Assembly (NCBI GenBank): GCA_020632265.1
Contig: JACKFW010000001.1
Coordinates: 534,846 to 598,845 of the forward strand
DNA: 64,000 nt
Source: Pseudomonadales bacterium
GTDB taxonomy: Bacteria > Patescibacteriota > Microgenomatia > UBA1400 > PJMF01
Direction of reading: 5' to 3'
The notes under the pieces are model-generated. The model made no database searches. It saw only the letters and a program-made list of their open reading frames with translations, and was not told the origin of the DNA. Shown here one piece after another: positions 29,025 to 38,736 of this stretch. The position numbers and the translations under genes are program-made. Position 1 is the stretch's first letter; each line of letters begins with the position of its first letter.

Positions 29025-29555
29025 ATGATCTCCAAACATACTAATGAAGATCAAAAAAAAGAAGATCAAAATACGATAAATACATACATTAATATACTTA
29101 CAGCACTATACAATTTAATTATTTCAAAAGAGAATGAAAATACTGTCTTAATCAATTTTGATGTGTTTTCAATAAATGATTGGAAGACATTCTATTTTGT
29201 TATGAGTGATTTCTTACATTATTTATACAACTCTGATTATAATGATCCTCAAACAGAAAATGCTACTGTTGCGGGATTTCCCACACTTCTTAAATACTTA
29301 AAAATCTTTGAAAAAATTTGCATGGCAATTACTCCAGAAGCAAAAAAAATAAGAGTTTATTGGATGGATTTTGAAGATGAACCAACAATTCAACAAAGAA
29401 CAAATAGTTTGAGATCTTATAACATACAAGAAACACTATATGCATTAATCGAAAATTACACAAATGATGATCTTAAGAGTTTAATTGAAGACAGCAACGG
29501 CCAGGATATGGAAGATGCTTGGGTATTTGTTGATTACATTAAACAGCAAAAGTAA
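29025..29555 (+). CDS. Hypothetical protein (176 aa)
   Basis: Clean ORF immediately after the previous small ORF. No recognisable domain. Confidence 0.45.
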   Translation: MISKHTNEDQKKEDQNTINTYINILTALYNLIISKENENTVLINFDVFSINDWKTFYFVMSDFLHYLYNSDYNDPQTENATVAGFPTLLKYLKIFEKICMAITPEAKKIRVYWMDFEDEPTIQQRTNSLRSYNIQETLYALIENYTNDDLKSLIEDSNGQDMEDAWVFVDYIKQQK

Positions 29556-29760
29556 AAACTTTACTTAGCCTAAAAAAATTGAGTAAAAACATAAAATTCT
29601 TGTAATAATTATTTTATTCACAGAAATAAAAAATCTAACTTAATTTTTTGTATATCCAAACATAGGTGGGATATGTACGGCATTATTAGCTATCTATTTT
29701 CTGTGGAAGCTCTGCATGGCTTTTCCTAAGATTGTTATAAAACTAATGTTGTCGGAAAAT

Positions 29761-30711
29761 TTATTCTTGAGCAATTGTGTCCAAATATTTATTTTCGTAT
29801 TCTAGAACAAGATTTAGCAAAGTACAACTAAGAAATAGAGCACGAAATTGCCTTGCTTCTTTTGGATCACTTGATAATAGTTTGAGTTGCCCATCGACAA
29901 AATCATGATAATTAAAAGATCGCTGAGATCTCTCGTTAGAATGATTGATTTGTAAAATCGATGAATTTGAATCACCATTTAATAATTTTTCAAATTCAGC
30001 TAAAGGATAAGAACCCGACTTATATTTTTTTTGACCATCTCCAGTCAAAGGATGTAAAGAAAATTTGACACCCTCAATAGGATCATAACTCAAGAGATAT
30101 GGTGCAAATGGACCTATTAATTCTTTTAATTTTATTTGCATTTCTTCAAATTTTCTAATCTGTTCAAGTACATCTTGTCTTAATGGATCATCATCAGGAT
30201 TGGGATAATCTGGTTCGCAATGTAATACAATATATTTTAGTGTACTGATTGCTTCGTATTGTCCAGGTTCAATATCGTAGGGATTGGGATTAAAACTAAT
30301 ATGAAACAAAATCGTACCATCTTCAGATTTTTTATCAAGATATGTAATAAAGCCAAAAAGAAAACCAAATAGAGAAAGATCTGTATATCCAGCTTTCAAT
30401 AAAAGTTCTTTAAGAGTAGATGTTAAAATTACACGTTCAACATCCCTACTACAATCAGAGCGAAGATTTTCACCAGTATTTAAATAATCCCATAATTTCC
30501 GCCTATTAGGTTCTAGTCCCTCTCTTCGTTTTTTTTCTTTTATGAAATGAATAATTTGGCCTGCTGATTGACTTTCAATAATTGTTGGTTCTTGAGCAAA
30601 AAATTTTCTACGAATATTAAGAAAATCTGGTTTTTTTTTAGCTAATATTTCTTTCATGGATATCAAATTATATATAAATATATCATAATTGTCAATATAA
30701 TTCAGCTTCAA
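29761..30711 (-). CDS. Hypothetical protein (316 aa), no recognisable domain
   Basis: Long ORF co-directional with the suf genes. No nucleotide-binding or catalytic motifs recognisable by eye. Confidence 0.55.
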   Translation of the reverse strand: MKLNYIDNYDIFIYNLISMKEILAKKKPDFLNIRRKFFAQEPTIIESQSAGQIIHFIKEKKRREGLEPNRRKLWDYLNTGENLRSDCSRDVERVILTSTLKELLLKAGYTDLSLFGFLFGFITYLDKKSEDGTILFHISFNPNPYDIEPGQYEAISTLKYIVLHCEPDYPNPDDDPLRQDVLEQIRKFEEMQIKLKELIGPFAPYLLSYDPIEGVKFSLHPLTGDGQKKYKSGSYPLAEFEKLLNGDSNSSILQINHSNERSQRSFNYHDFVDGQLKLLSSDPKEARQFRALFLSCTLLNLVLEYENKYLDTIAQE

Positions 30712-30927
30712 ACTTTAAAAAATCCTTCAACTATCAAGTCTTCAGTAGCTTTTTTAAAAATAACTCTTGATCGTAAATAAAAAAAGTAGCGATTCTAAAA
30801 TTTTACTAAAACTAGCCTTAATTAGCACCTCAGCTCTCGCACGCTCAACTCTTATGAATTTGCAGTAATGAAAAACAATTATAGCCACTCAAAGATTTTT
30901 TGCTTAAAAAAATCTAATATAAATAAC

Positions 30928-32160
30928 TCATTGTTTACTATCTATTTTTTTTGGATGAACAAGTAATGGATATTTATTTTGCAGATCACTACCTAATGTA
31001 ATAAGATTTGGCATATTATCTGGAACAGACAAAGCACTATGAGTTAATACTGCCCTTCCAAGTTTTTTTAGAAGAAATTCCTTATCATCATCACCAAACT
31101 TATCTCTAACCATTAGCATTAGTCTTCTAATTTCATTTTCATCGAAAATATCACTTATAACAGGTATTTCCCAACCATCATCTTCTTTATGAAGTATGTG
31201 AAAATTTTTTTCACTTAGAGTTAATTTTTTATAATTTTTATTTTGCAATCTCGCTCTTATTTCCTCAATTTTTTTCTCTAAGTTATCTGTAGCTTGCTGA
31301 GTGGCATAACCATAGCAAAACACAATATTTGTCTTATTATCAACTAAACCATAAGCTATTTGATATGCGTCATCTATGTGTCGAACTGCATTTGACTTAT
31401 CTGTACCACCTAAAGTCCAATCATCTCCAAAAACCACAGCCCCAATTTTATCTTGTTCATTCGGGGGCAGACCACTCCTCAAAAGAAATCGATAAACTGC
31501 CAATTGATTTATTTGTCTAAATTCACAAGTTAAAGCAATTCTCTGTTTTCCTCTTTCAAGAAGAAATAAAATAGGAGGAAAGCCTCTTTTATACCAATAA
31601 CGAGAGGCGTAGTTTTCATCTTTGTAAAGGAAGTCGACATTGACTCTGTATTTACCTTTATCAATCAATAAGGCTGGTAATTTTGAAAGAACAAAGGGAC
31701 CCATGTCCTTTATTTGTTTAACTAAATAATCATCTTTAAGAAAATCTGGATACAAAGGATCATTCTCAGGATTATATTCTTTAAAGCCTTTTCTCATCAA
31801 AAATTCTAAAAACATTTTAGTTACTTGAAAACCCGATGGTTCCCATTTTTTATTCCCTTCTACTATCTCTCCTGATGGATAATATTCTCTTGCTACTGTT
31901 GACCAATAAATATTATCCCCTCCGGCTAATTTGAGAATCTCCTCCCACCTTTTTTCCATCATTTCTTTAATTTCCCTTTCTGAAAGGTAATTTACTGCCA
32001 AAATTAGTCTTTTAACAAGACCGAGGTCATTTGCTGATGGTGAAAGTTTAGAAATCCATTCTTGAAATCTTCCAGGATTAATATGTCGAGAAATCAAATC
32101 AGAATGTGAAAGACCAATATCTATTTCTCCATTTCCTGTATTGACATCTATTTTTCTCAT
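30928..32160 (-). CDS. Hypothetical protein (410 aa), no recognisable domain
   Basis: Long ORF co-directional with the suf genes and immediately downstream of sufD. No Walker motifs. One conserved-looking block reads GAVVFGDDWTLGGTDKSNAVRHIDDAYQIAYGLVDNKTNIVFCYGYATQQ. Confidence 0.55.
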   Translation of the reverse strand: MRKIDVNTGNGEIDIGLSHSDLISRHINPGRFQEWISKLSPSANDLGLVKRLILAVNYLSEREIKEMMEKRWEEILKLAGGDNIYWSTVAREYYPSGEIVEGNKKWEPSGFQVTKMFLEFLMRKGFKEYNPENDPLYPDFLKDDYLVKQIKDMGPFVLSKLPALLIDKGKYRVNVDFLYKDENYASRYWYKRGFPPILFLLERGKQRIALTCEFRQINQLAVYRFLLRSGLPPNEQDKIGAVVFGDDWTLGGTDKSNAVRHIDDAYQIAYGLVDNKTNIVFCYGYATQQATDNLEKKIEEIRARLQNKNYKKLTLSEKNFHILHKEDDGWEIPVISDIFDENEIRRLMLMVRDKFGDDDKEFLLKKLGRAVLTHSALSVPDNMPNLITLGSDLQNKYPLLVHPKKIDSKQ

Positions 32161-32207
32161 TACAGAATATTATATCAAAATATTGAGGAAATATACTTTA
32201 ATATAGT

Positions 32208-32693
32208 TTAAATTTTCAAGAAACCTTGTATAATTAAATCTTCAGCTTGTTTCTTTTGAATACCTCTAGACATTAAATAGAATAGTTGTTCAGAAGGAAT
32301 TTCGCTAACACTAGCTGCGTGAGAACATTTCACATCGTCTGTCAAAATCTCCAATTCTGGTACTGCTTCCGCACTTGCTTGATTAGATAATAACAAAACT
32401 CTCTCAGTTAAAAACGAGTTACTTAAACCACAACCTTCATTAATGACAATTCTTCCAAATAATCTGATTCTGGATTGATCTCGAGCCACTCCTCTTAAAG
32501 TAGTATTAGCCAAAGTATTTTTGGCTTTATGATGAACAGTAACTTCAACATCAATAAAATCGTCATTTTGAGCCAAAAAACTTCCCAAAATTTCAACTTC
32601 AGCACCTTGACCAACTAAATCAATAAAATACTTACCTGATTTTCCAATCAAAATTGTTTTTTTCTGGTCCTTTTTAATTATATATTTTTGCAT
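32208..32693 (-). CDS. sufD: SufD-like Fe-S assembly protein, short form (161 aa; C-terminal SufB/SufD beta-helix core only)
   Basis: The C-terminal motif SHAASVSEIPSEQLFYLMSRGIQKKQAEDLIIQGFL matches the SufB/D family C-terminus. Compare SufB here: QHEATVSKIGDDQLFYLMSRGVSEEQARKMIVNGF. Confidence 0.65.
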   Translation of the reverse strand: MQKYIIKKDQKKTILIGKSGKYFIDLVGQGAEVEILGSFLAQNDDFIDVEVTVHHKAKNTLANTTLRGVARDQSRIRLFGRIVINEGCGLSNSFLTERVLLLSNQASAEAVPELEILTDDVKCSHAASVSEIPSEQLFYLMSRGIQKKQAEDLIIQGFLKI

Positions 32694-32819
32694 CTTATTT
32701 TTAATTTTTTTATATTCAGGTCAATTGCTAAGTTGTATTTAATAAATATTTCTTAATAAACGAACGATTAAAATCGAAGATTTGTGTGAGCGATTAAAAA
32801 ATATTTATTAAAAACTGAA

Positions 32820-34247
32820 TTATCCAATCGATCCCTCCATTTCATGATCTATTAACCGATTCATTTCAACTGCATACTCAAGCGGAAGTTTGCGAACTAA
32901 ATCATCAATAAATCCATTAACTATCATTTTTCTTGCCTGTTCTTCACTTACTCCACGACTCATTAAATAGAATAGTTGATCATCACCAATTTTAGAAACA
33001 GTTGCTTCGTGCTGGATCTCTACTTGATTATTAAAAATTTTATCAATAGGATATGTATCAGATCTAGAGTCTGGATCCAAAAGAAGAGCGTCACAAATTA
33101 CCGTATTTTTACTTCCATGTGCATTAGGACCCACATTTACAAGTCCGCGATAACTAGTTCTTCCACCACCCTTACTAATTGACTTAGAAACCACACTAGA
33201 ACTGGTATAAGGTGCCAAATGAATTGATTTGGTGCCAGTGTCTTGATGCTGATCAGTTCCCGCTAAAGCCATTGATAAAACCTCTCCACGAGCTCCTTTG
33301 CCAGCAAGAATAAACCCTGGATATTTCATAGTCACCTTTGAACCCATATTAAAATCAGTCCAAATCATTTCTGCTTCAGCTTCTACATACGCTCTTTTGG
33401 TCACCAAATTATAAATATTCTTGTACCAATTTTGCACCGTAGTGTATTGACATCTCGCACCCTTTTTAACGTAAATTTCCACAACTGCTGCATGCAAAGA
33501 ACCAGAAGAAAAACTAGGTGCTGTGCAACCTTCAATATAATGAACACTTGCTCCTTCATCAACAATAATTAAAGTTCTTTCAAACTGCCCAGCGTTAGGT
33601 GAGTTAATTCTAAAATAAGTTTGTAGCGGCATGCTTACATGAACACCTTTTGGGATATATACAAAAGATCCACCCGACCAAGTTGCGGTATTTAAGGCAG
33701 AAAATTTATTATCACCATAAGGAATAACTTTATTGAAATATTCTCTAACTAAATCTGGATACTGAGCTAATCCCTCATCCATTGATAAAAAAATCACTCC
33801 ATCCTTGGCCCAAATATTTTGAAGTGAGCCATAAACGACCTCGCTATCATACTGAGCTTTAACTCCCGCTAGAACTTCGCGCTCAGCTTTAGGAATTCCT
33901 AGTTTTTCGAAAGTCTCTTTTACCTCTGGAGGAACGTCATCCCAAGATTTTTCCTGCTTATCTGATGGACTTAAATAGTAACGAATCTTATCATAATTTA
34001 TTGCTGATAAATCTGCTCCCCAAATCGGCGTTTTTTTTGCCTCAAAAGCCTTGAAAGATTCAAGACGCAATTTTAACATCCACTCGGGTTCATTTTTAAT
34101 TGCAGATATTTCTCTAACTACGCTTTCATTTAAACCAGGTTTTAAAATATGAACATAATTTTTGGTAGAGTACGAGAAACCATGCTCATAGGCATCTGTG
34201 TTATCAGATTCGAAATCACCAGTTTTTTTTTGAGCAAATCGCGTCAT
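32820..34247 (-). CDS. sufB: Fe-S cluster assembly protein SufB
   Basis: 475 aa with conserved SufB blocks: the PIWGADLS region, a C-terminal beta-helix and the LFYLMSRG motif. Confidence 0.9.
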   Translation of the reverse strand: MTRFAQKKTGDFESDNTDAYEHGFSYSTKNYVHILKPGLNESVVREISAIKNEPEWMLKLRLESFKAFEAKKTPIWGADLSAINYDKIRYYLSPSDKQEKSWDDVPPEVKETFEKLGIPKAEREVLAGVKAQYDSEVVYGSLQNIWAKDGVIFLSMDEGLAQYPDLVREYFNKVIPYGDNKFSALNTATWSGGSFVYIPKGVHVSMPLQTYFRINSPNAGQFERTLIIVDEGASVHYIEGCTAPSFSSGSLHAAVVEIYVKKGARCQYTTVQNWYKNIYNLVTKRAYVEAEAEMIWTDFNMGSKVTMKYPGFILAGKGARGEVLSMALAGTDQHQDTGTKSIHLAPYTSSSVVSKSISKGGGRTSYRGLVNVGPNAHGSKNTVICDALLLDPDSRSDTYPIDKIFNNQVEIQHEATVSKIGDDQLFYLMSRGVSEEQARKMIVNGFIDDLVRKLPLEYAVEMNRLIDHEMEGSIG

Positions 34248-34304
34248 ATATCATTCAGAAATTATAAAATCTCTTTTCTTTTGTTTATTTAGCTATATTC
34301 TTGT

Positions 34305-34790
34305 TTATTTAGCTGTATTCTTAATTATGTCTGTTACAAACTTCCCTTTGTATCCACCAAAATCATATTGATCGAGTTCTCCAATAGAAATCCATTTATA
34401 ATCAATATGTTCGTGGCTCAAGACCACATTGTTAGGATCAAAGTCTGAACTCAAAATAACTTTCCAACCTAAAATAACAGCAAACACTTGTCGCTTTGCT
34501 TCAAAAAATGTAGAGAAATATACCAAATTGTCCTGGTCTAATTTATCAGGCGACAATTCTATACCTGTTTCTTCAAATACTTCTCTAGTGATGTCTTCTT
34601 TGTGCAAATCCTCAATATTTTCTTTAATTTCAGTCGGCCATTCAGAATTACCACCAGGCAAATCCCAACAAAGAGGTCTTGTATGAGAACTTTCGTCTCG
34701 TAATAAAATTAAAATCTTATCTTCATTAATTAATACAATTTTTTGAAGTAATTTAACATCATCAGTAAGCTGATGGGATCTTGTGCTCAT
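34305..34790 (-). CDS. NUDIX hydrolase
   Basis: Nudix box GGNSEWPTEIKENIEDLHKEDITREVFEETGIEL (GX5EX7REVxEEtGi). Confidence 0.7.
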   Translation of the reverse strand: MSTRSHQLTDDVKLLQKIVLINEDKILILLRDESSHTRPLCWDLPGGNSEWPTEIKENIEDLHKEDITREVFEETGIELSPDKLDQDNLVYFSTFFEAKRQVFAVILGWKVILSSDFDPNNVVLSHEHIDYKWISIGELDQYDFGGYKGKFVTDIIKNTAK

Positions 34791-34826
34791 ATGTTTTTAT
34801 TGAAGTTTTTTGCTAATTTAATTAAT

Positions 34827-35603
34827 CTACAAACCAGCATATCCTTTTTTTTCAAGTTTATTTACAATTGAAGAATCACCACTTTCAACAATTTTTCCAT
34901 TTATCATAACGTGAACAAAATCTGGCTTCAAATAGTCTAAAATTCTCTGATAATGCGTGATTAAAATTATACCAGTATTATATTTTTTTATGATGTTATT
35001 AACTCCCTGAGACACTTTCTTGATCGCATCAATATCCAATCCTGAATCTGTTTCATCTAAAATCGCAAATTTGGGTTCAAGCAATGTCATTTGCAAAATT
35101 TCGAGTTGCTTTTTTTCTCCACCACTAAAACCTTCATTCAAGCCTCTACTTAAAAACTCAACATTAATATTTAAGTCTTTGGCAATTTTTTGTAAATTTT
35201 TTCTAAAATCAATTGCCTTTTTAAATTGACGCTCTGGCCGATCTTTAAATCTCGATTCATAAGCCAACTTCAAAAAATTTTGTACTCTAACTCCTGGAAC
35301 TTCCACCGGATATTGAAAAGCCAAAAACAAACCTAAATTTGCTCTTTCGTCCGGTGACATCTCCAAAATATTTTCACTAAGTTCCACTTTTTTACCATTT
35401 TTGTTTTGTAAATAAACACTTCCGCTCAAGACATCATAATCTGGATGTCCTGCCAAGGTATTGGCTAAAGTTGATTTTCCAGATCCATTAGGACCCATAA
35501 TCGCATGGATTTCTCCAGGATTTACTATAAGGGAAAGCCCTTTAATAATCTTATTTTCAGCGATACTAACTTTCAAATTAGTGATTTGGAGTTGATTTAT
35601 CAT
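34827..35603 (-). CDS. sufC: Fe-S cluster assembly ATPase SufC
   Basis: Walker A (GPNGSGKST), ABC signature (FSGGEKK), Walker B (FAILDETDSGLD) and an H-loop. No TM domain. Confidence 0.9.
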   Translation of the reverse strand: MINQLQITNLKVSIAENKIIKGLSLIVNPGEIHAIMGPNGSGKSTLANTLAGHPDYDVLSGSVYLQNKNGKKVELSENILEMSPDERANLGLFLAFQYPVEVPGVRVQNFLKLAYESRFKDRPERQFKKAIDFRKNLQKIAKDLNINVEFLSRGLNEGFSGGEKKQLEILQMTLLEPKFAILDETDSGLDIDAIKKVSQGVNNIIKKYNTGIILITHYQRILDYLKPDFVHVMINGKIVESGDSSIVNKLEKKGYAGL

Positions 35604-35653
35604 ACGCTCGTATTATATCGAAAATCTACTATATGGCTAGGGAACGATGCAAA

Positions 35654-36265
35654 TTAATTAAATCCATGAATTTTGAAGCCAAGTTTGATTTCTTGTTTAA
35701 TTGATTCTTTAGTTTCAAGAGTTTCGATCTGCGACAAACTAAACCATGCTATACCATCAGTTTCCTTCTCATTTTGAGAAAATTCGACTCTATCAATAGG
35801 TTCTAACAAATAAAAAAAACCCACATGTTGTTCGCAACCTCTTTTCCAAATTTTTGTAGGAAATCTCTGATTTGGGAATTTAGATTTTAGCCTCAAATCA
35901 TAACTCTCTTTATTAACCCAATGCAAATTAGTTGAAATTGGATTTGGCACAAACTTCGATTCACCTGTCGAATCAAAAACTGAAAAATCCCTAAACATTT
36001 TACTAACCTTAAAAAAATCGATTGCTCTAACTTCAACCCCTGTTTCTTCATAAAATTCTCTTTGAGCAGCCTGATGGGGTAATTCTCCTTCATTAATGTG
36101 ACCACCGGGGTTGAGCCAAATACCAAGCTTTTTATGCTTAACCAACAGAACTTTGTCGTCATCAATTAACATACCTCCGGCCGTATAACAAACTTTTGGA
36201 GCTTCGACTCCCTGGAAATTATTTTGCTCAAGATTATCTTTCATATTCAAAATAGATACTAGCAT
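35654..36265 (-). CDS. NUDIX hydrolase
   Basis: Nudix box GGHINEGELPHQAAQREFYEETGVEV. Confidence 0.75.
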   Translation of the reverse strand: MLVSILNMKDNLEQNNFQGVEAPKVCYTAGGMLIDDDKVLLVKHKKLGIWLNPGGHINEGELPHQAAQREFYEETGVEVRAIDFFKVSKMFRDFSVFDSTGESKFVPNPISTNLHWVNKESYDLRLKSKFPNQRFPTKIWKRGCEQHVGFFYLLEPIDRVEFSQNEKETDGIAWFSLSQIETLETKESIKQEIKLGFKIHGFN

Positions 36266-36295
36266 AATTTTGCATCAAAGATTTGATAACATTGC

Positions 36296-36337
36296 GTGGG
36301 TTGATTTCAGTGGGCTGATTTTAGTGGGTTGATTTGT
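36296..36337. repeat. 13-bp tandem repeat AGTGGG(T/C)TGATTT x3 upstream of the NUDIX-sufC gene string
   Basis: Read directly from the sequence. Confidence 0.75.
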
Positions 36338-36989
36338 CTAGTACAATTTTACAGCAACAGATATCAATTCCGTCTCTTACATCTTTGCCTTTTTACCTTC
36401 TAGTTGCCCCATCAGCTCTCTCAGCATCGCACGAAGGTCCAGTTGTTTGATTATAATTTTGATAATCTCGACCTGATAAATGATAAGATTGATTATTGCC
36501 AGTTGTGATATTATCACCGGGTTCGGGAGTACCAAAAACTTCAGCTGAACCTCCCCAGCCGGCAAGTGCCAAGCTTGCAAGAGCAATCGTAGTGAGAAAA
36601 CTACTAGTTTTGCCCACAACTCCCGGGTCTTCGACTCTGTTCTCTATTCGAGTCAATAATAAGGCACACGATAAAAGAGTTAGAAATGTTTTAACATAAG
36701 GAGAAATTTTTTCGCTACCACTTTCCTTATGAACTTGATTTAAATAATAAATAGCTTCTAAAAAACCATTTTCTTTCCACAGAAAAAAAAAGAAGGAGAA
36801 ATCATTTCACCTCTTTGAGGTAGCATACAAGCTTTATATTCTATATATGCTTCCTCTAGAAATCGCTCACAAATATTCGAATGCATATATATATGTATTA
36901 TACTATATCACGCTCATTCTACCCACAATCATTTATCTCTTGAAATCCATACTCAAATTCATTTTAATTTTATTTAGTGAATTTTAGAA

Positions 36990-37074
36990 CTTCGCTAGAA
37001 ACACAACCAATTTTAAGACTTAGCTAGAAGCACAACCAATTTTAAGACTTAGCTAGAAGCACAACCAATTTGAG
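36990..37074. repeat. 29-bp tandem direct repeat x3 (CTTAGCTAGAAGCACAACCAATTTTAAGA) in an intergenic region. The units are contiguous, so this is not a CRISPR array.
   Basis: Read directly. Copies differ at 1-3 positions. Confidence 0.85.
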
Positions 37075-37108
37075 CGAGGATTTTTGTAATTTAGTTATAA
37101 ATGTATTT

Positions 37109-37693
37109 TTAGATCAAACTCATCTGTATTCCAGCATCTTTTTTTGGAGTAAAACTAAAATCTACTGAACACTCCACTAGTCGATTCCACTTATTTTTGA
37201 ACTTTACATAGCCAGTTTTCAAACCAAAGTCATAAACATCTCTGGTCACTTCTACATCCTGTAAACAATATTTTTTTAACTTATCCCATTCTCGATTTTG
37301 AAAGTATTTAATTGCATCAAGACCATTACCGCTCTTGCCAATGCCCAAAGTTTCCTGAGCCACGGCATCCAAACTAATTCTATGACCAGCGCTTTCTTTG
37401 ATTCTGGTCAAAACATCAAGCGTAGGAATTTTGGTAATATCAGCACTATAATAAGGAATAAATGTTTGCATATCAAAATTATCAACATTAAAACCAATTA
37501 CAACATCAGCTTTTTCTAACAAAGGAAATAATAATGGTAAATCTTTTTCAAAATAACTTTTCATTTCACCTTTACCACTCGAGCCTTCACGAACACAAAC
37601 TCCTACAAAAGAAATTCCCAATCTATCAGGAAAAAATCCTCCAACTTCGTCAAAGGTCTTTTTAGTTTCAACATCTAAAATTACTTGCAACAT
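37109..37693 (-). CDS. Stand-alone DEDDy-type 3'-5' exonuclease (DNA polymerase A proofreading-like / RNase D-like fold)
   Basis: Exo I (ILDVETKKTF), Exo II (IGFNVDNFDMQ) and Exo III (YCLQDVEVTRDVY) motifs, correctly spaced. Confidence 0.55.
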   Translation of the reverse strand: MLQVILDVETKKTFDEVGGFFPDRLGISFVGVCVREGSSGKGEMKSYFEKDLPLLFPLLEKADVVIGFNVDNFDMQTFIPYYSADITKIPTLDVLTRIKESAGHRISLDAVAQETLGIGKSGNGLDAIKYFQNREWDKLKKYCLQDVEVTRDVYDFGLKTGYVKFKNKWNRLVECSVDFSFTPKKDAGIQMSLI

Positions 37694-37814
37694 CTATTCT
37701 TTCTAATATAAATCAAAAAAATAATATCACTAAAAAAATAATATATAGTATTAATTAAAAAATATTAATTAATATATTAACAAAATTTACAGAAAAATTT
37801 AAAATTCTGAATTG

Positions 37815-38426
37815 TTAGCTTATCACTTCTGAATACCTTTTCTCAACCTCAGCCCAATTTACGACGTTCCAAAATGCTTTTGCGTAATCTGGTCTTCGAT
37901 TTTGGTAATTGAGATAATATGCATGCTCCCAAACATCCAAACCCAAAATAGGGGTTTTTCCTTGAGAAATTGGACAATCTTGATTGGCGGTAGACATAAC
38001 TTGTAAACCAGAGTCATTTTCGTAAGTAAGCCATGCCCATCCAGAACCAAATCTTGCTCCAGCAATTTTTTCAAATTCTGATTTAAATTCTTCTAAACTA
38101 CCAAATTTTAATACTATTGCTTCATTGAGTGCGCCAGTAGGTTCCATGCCACCATTTGGAGATAAAACGCTCCAAAATAAACTGTGATTAAAATAACCGC
38201 CACCATTATTAATGACTGTTTGACGGATTGATTCTGGTACAGAATCTAGATTGCTTAATATTTCTTCAATAGTCATTGCTAATAAATCTGTTTGATTCTC
38301 AAGAGCGGTATTTAGATTATTAATATAACCTTGATGATGTTTGGTATGATGAATTTCCATAGTTTTAGCGTCTATATATGGCTCTAAAGCATCATACTCA
38401 AAATTTAATTTTGGAAGTGTGAACAT
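37815..38426 (-). CDS. Fe/Mn-family superoxide dismutase
   Basis: [14 protein letters not shown] at the N-terminus and DVWEHAYYL at the C-terminus. About 203 aa. Confidence 0.9.
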   Translation of the reverse strand: MFTLPKLNFEYDALEPYIDAKTMEIHHTKHHQGYINNLNTALENQTDLLAMTIEEILSNLDSVPESIRQTVINNGGGYFNHSLFWSVLSPNGGMEPTGALNEAIVLKFGSLEEFKSEFEKIAGARFGSGWAWLTYENDSGLQVMSTANQDCPISQGKTPILGLDVWEHAYYLNYQNRRPDYAKAFWNVVNWAEVEKRYSEVIS

Positions 38427-38442
38427 ATGATTTTATCTCCTT

Positions 38443-38736
38443 TTATTTACTTTTTTTATTTAAAAAATCCAAAACGTCTTGTACTAAATAACTAACAAAA
38501 GCATACACAAAGATAGCAAATAAAGTTGTAAATTCCAAAATGAATTTACCGTTAACATTTGGCGAAGGAAATGCTAAAAGAAATGGTGAAAGTAAAGGAA
38601 TAGTATTTTGATATATAAAACTTACAAATTGAGATTGTGTATTAGCTCCAAATAATTTTAAAAGAAATCTAATGATTAAAGATACTTCCACTAAAGAAAA
38701 AACAAAGTTTGAAAGTTCTTTCAAATATTTATTCAT
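38443..38736 (-). CDS. Small two-TM membrane protein, YggT/Ycf19-like
   Basis: 97 aa with two hydrophobic helices and an IIRFLL motif reminiscent of YggT. Weak. Confidence 0.35.
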   Translation of the reverse strand: MNKYLKELSNFVFSLVEVSLIIRFLLKLFGANTQSQFVSFIYQNTIPLLSPFLLAFPSPNVNGKFILEFTTLFAIFVYAFVSYLVQDVLDFLNKKSK

